Shown piece by piece: positions 45,441-54,235 of a DNA stretch of 58,658 bases. The DNA is from Convolutriloba macropyga. Lineage: Eukaryota. Positions within the stretch are counted from its first letter, which is position 1, and every line of letters begins with the position of its first letter. The stretch is taken from positions 34,043,343 through 34,102,000 of the forward strand of contig NC_134474.1 of the NCBI RefSeq assembly GCF_964194025.1, given 5' to 3'. Made by a program: the position numbers and the translations under genes. Below the pieces are notes generated by a model. It was not told the origin of the DNA and ran no database searches. It saw nothing but the letters and a program-made list of their open reading frames with translations.

Positions 45441-47816
45441 GAAAACAACGAAAAGAACAAGAATACGAAATTCATGAACTTTTCTCGGAGGTTTGCCGGA
45501 GAAAAACCATGAGATTTTCTAGGAAAAACATAACACCTGTCTACTGAGCCTCATTTGAACGCAAAAAGGACCTCTTACTAATTAAACCTCTGAATCAAAA
45601 AGACTTGTCTGCAAGTGGCATGAAAAAAAAAGCAAAAGACTAAACAGAACAGCTTCCAAATACATTCCGAATCCTTTTTGAATGTATAAAGCCACGATGA
45701 GACCAAAACAGGCCTCTCCATCGCTGTACGTCTATTGAAAAAAAAATAGTTGTTCCAGGTCGTAGCTTGATACAATTTTTTAAAAACAAATTCTTAATAT
45801 AATTGCAATATGAAAGAAATCGAAAGAAATTTTTTAATTATCAAAATACATTCTAAATTGGTGAGCAGTTTTTGTTAGATTCTAAATTACACTTAAGACA
45901 GCTTCTAAACTAAAAGCTTTTGAGCTTAAATTTATTGTCAGCCAGAAACCGTTATAATGAACTTTGATAACCTAATGCACTCTGAATTAATGAGCAAGCT
46001 TTGTCGGTTATCCAGTTTCTTTTGCTTTTGCTTGATTGACCTTGACCACATTCACTAAATTGGTTACCTCAATAGCTAAATGAATTTAAAATCCATCCAG
46101 TTGAAACGGTTAATGTCACGCCCCTACTTCGTCCCTCATAGTTACGTGATGATTTTCCTTCAAATATCCATAGATAAGTGCTATAATTTAGTTCATATTC
46201 AGATAGATCTCAAGGCCATATATAGCTAGTATTTCCATCTAGGCCTGTAACCCCTAAAATGTTTATGTTTATTAAAAACAACCGCAGATTGACAGTTTAC
46301 TGATAAACATATCAAGTGCCTAAAAGCCTCAATGTTTACTTTTTTGAGTTCCCTGACGATGAATTCGCATAATTGGTAAATAACTTCATGAGAAACTATG
46401 TACTTGGTGAAGTAATTATTCTGATAAAGTAGGTGCTAAAACGGAACTTGTATATGTACTTAACAAACATCAAGAGACGTACAAAAGCCGGAAATTGCCC
46501 AACTTGCAGATCAGTAAATATTTGCGAAGGACCAATACAGCCCAAGGTACAGCCCTGCGGAACGACGATCACCAGAACACCGGAGAACCAGCCTAGCGAT
46601 CAGTTGCTAATCAAACTCAGTAAAAACTTAAAACTTCTTATTCTATCATTGAAACTTTGTCATCATTTCTATTATAATAATTAAAGATTGAATTGGAAAT
46701 TCTTCCCAAAAATAACTAAAATAGAAAAGAGCTTCTTTAGTGTTATATTGCGGCTAAATAAAGCTCTAAAACCCAAGTTAACTAGAGGATATATCGCGCA
46801 TCCGAACCGCTCAATAGAAGGCTATTACTAGCTAAATTAATCAAAATATATCCGCTAAAAACAGCACTGTGAAACCCCAAAATAAGTCCATGAAAAAGAC
46901 AATAATTCATATCATTTATTTCAAATATTGATCTCAATAACACCACAAGAAAGACCTTAAAAGTCAGTGCGTAACAGTGAATGAGGTAAGTCCGGAGTTA
47001 AACGTGAAGGTCGTGACTTCTCTAAAACGTTATCGAAAGGTACAGCGAATTAAGAAAAACAGCCACCAAAATATCGAAAACATTCCTGCAAAACAATTTC
47101 TAAAGACACCTCACATAAATCAGAAACTTAACGCTAAATAAAACTATAGAAAGTGTATTTAAAAACTGATAATTCAATTTTCAGTTCAGGTTTTATCGGG
47201 CCAGGGTTAGGGAGTGAAAGGGACGTTTGGGGTAGCTAAGTTGGCGGGTAGGTAGCAAAGTTGGAGGGTGTAAGTGGGCTGATATGTTAGGTGAGAGGGG
47301 GTGAGGTGGTAGAAAGTGACCGTGGTTTGGATAGGCAGGAGGGACTATTATTGGAAGAAACCAACACTTCCTAATTATTACTAAGTAATGTTTACTAATC
47401 TACTGTTAATGTCCAAAGTTCGAAAACAGAAAACTCAAACTTAAAGTCATAAACAAACAACTGTTTTCAGCTTAAAAAATCCAGCAGAATATCAATACTC
47501 CTGTTGGAGTCGTTAAAAGGATACCTCCTTTCGTTAGACGAAAAATTGCCGTTAAGAGAATGACGGCTTCTTTTAAAAAGCATAGCTCGCAGATTGCTGA
47601 AACAGCTGCGAAACAACGTACGTGGTGTAGAACTTATATAGCATCAGATACAGAATTGAATTGAAACTTTTCCAAACTGAGAAGTTCTTTTTTAAAAAAT
47701 GTGAGATCGTCTTTTAATTCTAGTCACCAGGCTTCAAACTCACCACCAAATTTTCAAGAATTGACGTCACCCACAAAATTAACAAAAGAGCAGAGAAAGA
47801 GCGGCATGAAAAAATC

Positions 47817-48196
47817 AAACATAACCAAATTACGTCGGATGAATCGCTCTCGTACAAAATATATGGGGGAAATTTAGCTTCAATTTTTGGAGCCGCAAAA
47901 CTTGAACCCTTTAGGGGTTCGAACCCGCGACTTCCTGGATATAGCAGTCAGACATCTTATCCACTAAGCCACAACGGCATTGGTACTCAACCACAAACAA
48001 TCTCTTTGATATTAGAAACAAACTTCATTTCTGAATGAGAGCAATTGAAATCACTAAAAATGAAGTGAAGTGTGAAAATGTCACTTCAGAAGTCAGTGTT
48101 TTAGAACAAAACCGCTAAAAATGGTCAAGCAAACATTTCTATCGAAAAGACCAACACGTTTACAATAATTGCTTTAATTTCGTTCGAGAGCAATTG
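47817..48196 (-). mobile_element. Helentron-like copy, tRNA-core subtype
   Basis: Left end AAACATAACCAAATTACGTCGGATGAATCGCTCTCGTAC. Right end ATAATTGCTTTAATTTCGTTCGAGAGCAATT. The two IRs pair and resemble those of 43665-44090. Confidence 0.68.
47906..47978 (-). pseudogene. tRNA-like Pol III cassette (A and B boxes intact, cloverleaf imperfect)
   Basis: Minus strand reads GCCGTTG-TGGCTTAGTGG (A box)-ATAAGATGTCTGACTGCTATATCCAGGAAGTCGCG-GGTTCGAACCC (B box). The acceptor and anticodon stems pair poorly. Confidence 0.75.
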
Positions 48197-48748
48197 ACAA
48201 AATTGCTCTTCTGAAGCTTGCGGCGTGAAAAAATGTAAAACGAAAAAGAGCGTCAGACGACAAAACAAAAGCCAAAATCACCGCAATATAGCTACGCTCA
48301 GCTTAAAGCTTCGCAGCTACAACAAAGAGTAAACGAAGATTGTTTAGCAGTTTTTAGTTCAGTACTCCCAGTTAGTTGGTACAAAGTGTGCTGAAGAAGC
48401 ATATTTCGTGCCATTTCACATTAAAAACCATAATTTTCAAAAATTCAATCTCTTCTATCCATTAAGATGAAACCAATAACACTATAGTTAACAATCTCAA
48501 CATATCTTTTACCAATATTGATCAAAGATTGAGCAAAGAGCAAAGATTAAGGAGAATGTGATAAAAGCAACGGAAATCAGGCAAATGTTTAACATTTAAC
48601 ATGCTAACATTTAAACCTCGATAACTCCTCGGAGAGAGCGAAATTCAAAAATCTTTTTAAAATGACATTTTACGTTAGTAGTAACAAACCTATACACCCT
48701 AGGCCACTTTTTGGCTGATTTTCCCCAAACATGTTCGATCATGCTCGC

Positions 48749-49184
48749 GGATGAAAAGTTCTTGGCAATTATTCCCTTTTAGTTTAGGATTCTTGCCTGA
48801 ATATGTAAAACACGTACCTCAACTTCATTTTGAAATAGAGAGGTACCTTTTTTTATGGGTTATTTACTCAAACATTATCTTGTCTCTTGATGGTTATTTA
48901 TTGAGTCCGAGGAAACAAAAAACTATGCTGTTAACAGATAGCTTGGAACTATTATTTTTGGCAATTAAGTTCTTGGGATGAAAAGTTCTTGGCAATTATA
49001 CCCTTTTAGTTTAGGATTGTTGCCTGAATATGTAAAACACGTACCTCAACTTCATTTTGAAATAGAGAGGTACCTTTTTTATGGGTTATTTACTCAAACA
49101 TTATCTTGTGTCTTGATGGTTATTTATTGAGTCCGAGGAAACAAAAAACTATGCTGTTAACAGATAGCTTGGAACTATTATTTT
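48749..49184. repeat. ~210-bp tandem duplication (period 227)
   Basis: GGATGAAAAGTTCTTGGCAATTA…GGAACTATTATTTT at 48749-48958 and 48976-49184, nearly identical. Confidence 0.95.
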
Positions 49185-49410
49185 GCTTTAGTTGTAAAAA
49201 TGAAACGAACTAAGAAATTAAATTAATAAAGCAATGTTAAGAACAAACAATAAACTACTTATGACAAGCATCTAAAAAAATTTAAGACACAATTCTCAGT
49301 TTTAAGTCATTGTTTTAAGTTTTATAATTGTACCCATTTAAAACTGCTTCTCCGTCAGCATCTTCTTCAACATCTATTTGTGTTGTATGGACATGTGGAA
49401 AAGCTTGTAA

Positions 49411-50219
49411 CCCCCTATAAAAGCTGTTATTGTCACAAGAAGCTCCTGCGCGGAGCAGTCGCAGGTTATTGTATCTCCTCGTCAATACTTCTTGAGACTC
49501 CCAACCGGGGTGGAGTTGGGCAGCTATCCCCTATAAAAGCCGTTATTGTCACAAGAAGCTCCTGCGTGGAGCAGTCGCAGGTTATTGTATCTCCTCATCA
49601 ATACTTCTTGAGACTCCCAGCCGGAGTGGAAATGGGCAGCTATCGCCTATAAAAGCTGTTATTGTCACAAGAAGCTCCTGCGCGGAGCATTCGCAGGTTT
49701 TTGTGTCTCCTCGTCAATACTTCTTGAGACCCCAACTGGGGTGGAGTTGGGCAGCTATCCCCTATTAAAGCTGTTATTGTCACAAGAAGCTCCTGCGCGG
49801 AGCAGTCACAGGTTATTGTATCTCCTCGTCAATACTTCTTGAGACTCCCAACCGGAGTGGAATTGGGCAGCTATCCCCTATAAAAGCTGTTATTGTCACA
49901 AGAAGCTCCTGCGCGGAGCATTCGCAGGTTTTTGTGTCTCCTCGTCAATACTTCTTGAGACCCCAACTGGGGTGGAGTTGGGCAGCTATCCCCCTATAAA
50001 AGCTGTTATTGTCACAAGAAGCTCCTGCGCGGAGCAGTCGCAGGTTATTGTATCTCCTCGTCAATACTTCTTGAGACTCCCAACCGGGGTGGAGTTGGGC
50101 AGCTATCCCCTATAAAAGCTGTTATTGTCACAAGAAGCTCCTGCGCGGAGCAGTCGCAGGTTATTGTATCTCCTCGTCGAAACTTCTTGAGACTCCCAAC
50201 CGGGGTGGAGTTGGGCAGC
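49411..50219. repeat. 116-bp GC-rich tandem array, 7 units
   Basis: CTAT(A/T)AAAGC at 49415, 49531, 49647, 49762, 49878, 49994 and 50110. The array ends 11 bp from the pPolB stop codon. Confidence 0.97.
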
Positions 50220-50230
50220 ATCGTCAATGT

Positions 50231-53200
50231 TTAACGTTTGCTGGACATGCGTTGCTTCTTTGCAGGCGGCTCTTCCTCTGCTTCGAAATCGATATATGGA
50301 CATCTTGAGAACGGCTTTTCTTTTGGAGCTGCATCGAAATCAAATATTTCTTCCTCATCGGATTCAATTTGAGAAGTTTTCCAGAACCCAGGATCAGGTG
50401 GTGAAAAGGTTTCTTCAATCTCAGTATCAAGTTGTTCAGTTAAATCTCTGGCGGTTTCACATTCACTGATCTCAATATAGGACTTTTGAGGTTTTTCCGA
50501 GGGCTGTTTCCGCTTGTGACCAATTTTGTAGTGTCCATACGCGTATGAGCTTATACCGTCACTCAGATAATAACGTTTATCGTCAAATGCACTCAAAGCA
50601 ATTTTGTTAGACTCTGTTATGTTGACTGTGTGTTTGTCACTAGTTATAGATGTTACTAGTTTTCTCAATGGTGATTTTGATTTGAGCACTTCTTTGAACT
50701 TATCATGATGAAGTGTCTTTTTCACATGTTTGCTCACACCCTTGGCACTTTGTTTGACTTTCTGCAAAGTTTTTACAGAGTAAGCTTTTGGTTTCAGAAA
50801 AACTGCTTCCATCACAATGTCACCATTCAGTTCATCTGATAATTTAAGTGGCACTTTTTTGTTCAATTCACTATGTAAGTGATGATCCTTGGGGTAATCA
50901 CTCAAATCAAGTACGTGTTTCAGCTGTTTGAGATCTTCGTAAATGTCATCCGTCTCAATTTCATAAAAGAGAGAATCAGTGTCACGATACATCACTCGAG
51001 CTTTTTTGTCAAACAAAGGCCCCATTTCTTCATAATGAAACCTGTACAGGTGTAGTTTTGACAGATCCAAAATAGCAGCACCCAGATAAGTTGGTTTATT
51101 CCACTTGATCTCTTTCTGGCTAAGAGTGATCCCAACAAGGTTCTCTCGAAATATAGTGAACTTCTCAAAATTGTACTTGTTGCAGTAAAATTTTGCTTTC
51201 TCTTCATTTTCAACAAATACCATCTTGTATCGACATCTCAAATTTTCCATCGTCTTTCCGAAGCATGAATTGTTCAACAATTTGAAAAAGTTTTTTTCGA
51301 AAGTGCTAATACCGGGTTGCTGTCGCAACTTTGTATTCTGCTCAATGTAGCACTTCATGAAGTCACTCTGGTTGAACTTCAGAGTCTTATGTAGTCTAGT
51401 TACTTGGAGCCCCTGTTGACAATAAAACTTTAGAACTGAATAATGACATACATAATTCTGCTTTGACTGAAGCGTTTCCAGAAGCTTTGGGATATGACTG
51501 GTCTTGTTTCCCAATTCTACCTGATACTGAGAAAGCATCTCAGCATCGATTTTTAACTTCTCAGCAGCCAGAGGGAAATCATTGTGACAGTCATGTAAGT
51601 TGCTAGGATAAATCAAATCAACCATTACAAAGTACCCAACATCACTTTCGTCAGATGTTTGCATGATCTTTTCCAAACTGATGTCTGACCATTCAAATCC
51701 TCCGGTTGGCAGTTTTTTCATCATTGTTCCACCATATAAGTTAACGACATCCAGAAAAAGTCCATACGTGCTTGGTTTTCCTTCATCAAAGTCATTCAAG
51801 TATTTGTTGTTAGCTTTCATGTACCGTTTCTCGCCAATTCCATTCAATCCTCCACGGATGGATCTCTCACAAAACAACAGCATATCTATATCAGAGAGCA
51901 AGTCCAACTTCACTTTAGTTGTTTTCAGCATTGCATCCCATGAAATATTAGGTGCACTATAGTAATGACAGGGGTCTAATCCATATACCTGATCAAAGAG
52001 TCTTCGGCATTATTCAAACACGTCAGCCAGAAGAATGACATCAGTTTTGAGATACAACATGAGATAGTCACCTAAGCTTTTGCAGCCAAACATATTCCAA
52101 ACTTTGTTAGCATGCTGAACATCCTCCTCAGAAACATCAATTTGACCAGACAATGAATTTATCCACTGATCACCATATTGAGGCAACGATTTTTCAGAGA
52201 GTTTCTCAAAGCTATCGAGAAACGAATATGGGAAAACTCCTTTCTTTTGCAAAATGTCGCAATATTTTTGATAATGTTTAGATAATTGACAATAGTCCTT
52301 TGTTTCGAGTGTTGTAACCAGAGTGTCAAGACTCCCGGATAAAAAACGATAGCTGTCAAGGAAACGAAATTCTTCATATAATAGCTTGTCATCTTTGCTT
52401 TTACCAACAGGAACAAAGAACGAGAATGAGATGTATGTCTCACTGTTGCAAGGTATTACTGTCAATTTTTCTTCCGAGCGAATTTCAATGTATTTCAGTA
52501 GATGATGTGCATCGTATTTGCTTAGGTTGTGGAAGAAAATTGGCGTAAACGTCTGCGTACGAAGCTTCAGATTGCAGCTGTTGTGTGCAACTCCGTATAT
52601 TTCACCAGTAAAGTGATCATGATGGATTACTTTTTCATCGTTTAAACTCCTCTGACAAATAACACATCTTGTTCCCTGATCAATCATCCTCATTCGTTCT
52701 TCATCAGATATTATGAGACGTCTATGATTCTGTTTTCTCTCAGAAATAGATTTAGCGTTCTCTCTGAGCCACTGAAAAAACTCTTCGATGCATTTTTCAC
52801 CTTCAAAACTGTAATAATCACTTCCACCAGCTTTATCAACAGCACAAAAACCTATTGCGCAAGGATTCTGAGTTTCTTTGTTCAAGGTGTAGCTATTCTC
52901 AGGATTCTGGCGGCAGGTGTCGTGCTTAAGGCTGACAGCCTCTGTGTCGGCATAAATCACTAAGGGAACTGAAAACGTTTTATGCCAGTTTGTAAATTCA
53001 ATTTTTGAGTCTTCCGTTGGCATAGTAATATGAACAGCTTTATGCCCCCCACATAAATCCAAATGTTTTTCCAGTGCCGTTGAATTCCAAAATCCGTGAA
53101 GGCAACGTTCGCAGTACTTATACCGGTTATGATTCCTTTTTCCAAACTGCCGAGCCATGAAAGCGTGAAAGTTTGTTATCAAGCAGTAATGACTAGTAAG

Positions 53201-54235
53201 TCCATCAGTCAGCAGCAACAAAGGAATAACTTTATGTGTACCCTTTCCAGACAAGTAAAGCGGCAAAATTTTGTTATTTTCGAAACCAAAAACATTAATT
53301 CCAATATTGTTTTGTTTCTCAAACTTTGGAACATCCGTCAAAGACATCGGTAACTCGATATTATCAAAGTTCAGTTTGTGCAAACTTGGCTTGTATTTGT
53401 TTTGCCGCTGTTTATGCTCCTTCTCTGGAAAGATTGCTGCAAGCACTGAGTATGCAAAACATTTGTTGTCAGTGTTTCGAATATTTAGGAGAAAATTGTT
53501 TCCCACTAGGGCAGCTGGTGTAGCAATGTAACTGCTTCCTCTGATAGGCTTGAATTTGTTAATGTTGATATCCAAGTGATCAATCTTCTGAACAACGAAT
53601 CCACTTCCACCCGTCGAAAAAATTTGGATTGAACTGTTCATTTGATCAACCATTTCAAAAATTTGATCATCTGATAGTTCTGTTGTTAGAACTTTTGACT
53701 TTGTATTTGCATGACAGCCGACTCTGGTATCATCTGTTGGTTTCAACATCTGTACAAAAACAGAGAGCTGAATTTTCAAAGGTCCAAGCTCTGCTATTTT
53801 TTTTCTCATAAATAATTTAAGGTCTTCGAGATGCTCCGTGACAAAAGTGAACACATCAATTTGGTTGTCCGCTTGTATCCTGAATGTCTGAAAAAACTTT
53901 CCAATAGCTTGTTTCTCTTGTAGCTCCAAATTGCATTCAGTCTTCTCGGAAACCTCTCTGTGAGTACCATGAGCGTCTTCCTCATGTCTAGCACACGATG
54001 AAGTGTCGCCATAAATTTGTGTACAATGCTTGCACTTTGTGTACGTCTGACTTCCATGAACTGTTTTCAAATGCTGAATCAAGTTCCTGCTCTGAGTGAA
54101 CTTCTTATTACATTGTCCACATTCATAGCTTGCTGTTTTTTCATATTTTGTGTTATGCTCCTTCTCCATATGCTGCAATAGTTTCTCTTTCCTGCTGTAC
54201 TTCTTCGAGCACTCGTCACAGTTGAAAGTCTTCAT
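50231..54235 (-). pseudogene. Protein-primed family B DNA polymerase (pPolB), ~1334 codons, with one in-frame TAA at 52010-52012
   Basis: ORFs 52010..54235 and 50231..51931 are in the same frame, joined by DVILLADVFE*CRRLFDQVYGLDPCHYYSAPNISWDAML. Exo I IYADTEA, Exo II FHNLSKYDAH, Exo III YLKTDV. Pol motifs DVVNLYG, KLLNNSCFGK, YRDTDS. Three N-terminal C2H2 fingers. Confidence 0.93.

Larger units (their letters stand above)
48677..54235 (-). mobile_element. Polinton/Maverick (adintovirus-like) element, left part; right boundary not determined
   Basis: Protein-primed PolB gene transcribed toward a candidate terminus AGTAGTAACAAACCTATACACCCTAGG at 48677 (AGT-repeat ends are typical of Polintons). 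No integrase, ATPase, protease or capsid ORF is visible in the window. Confidence 0.75.

Noticed and set aside
46433-46684. CPTCR motif suggesting a RING finger end
   Set aside because: The other RING ligands are absent and there is no clear exon structure.
47906-47978. Functional tRNA-Ser(GCT) gene
   Set aside because: Acceptor and anticodon stems do not pair properly, there is no long variable arm, and it is embedded in a repeat.
49411-50219. CRISPR-like array next to a polymerase
   Set aside because: Units are repeated over their whole length with no unique spacers; eukaryotic context, no cas genes. No hammerhead core (CTGANGA…GAAA) was seen in the units either.
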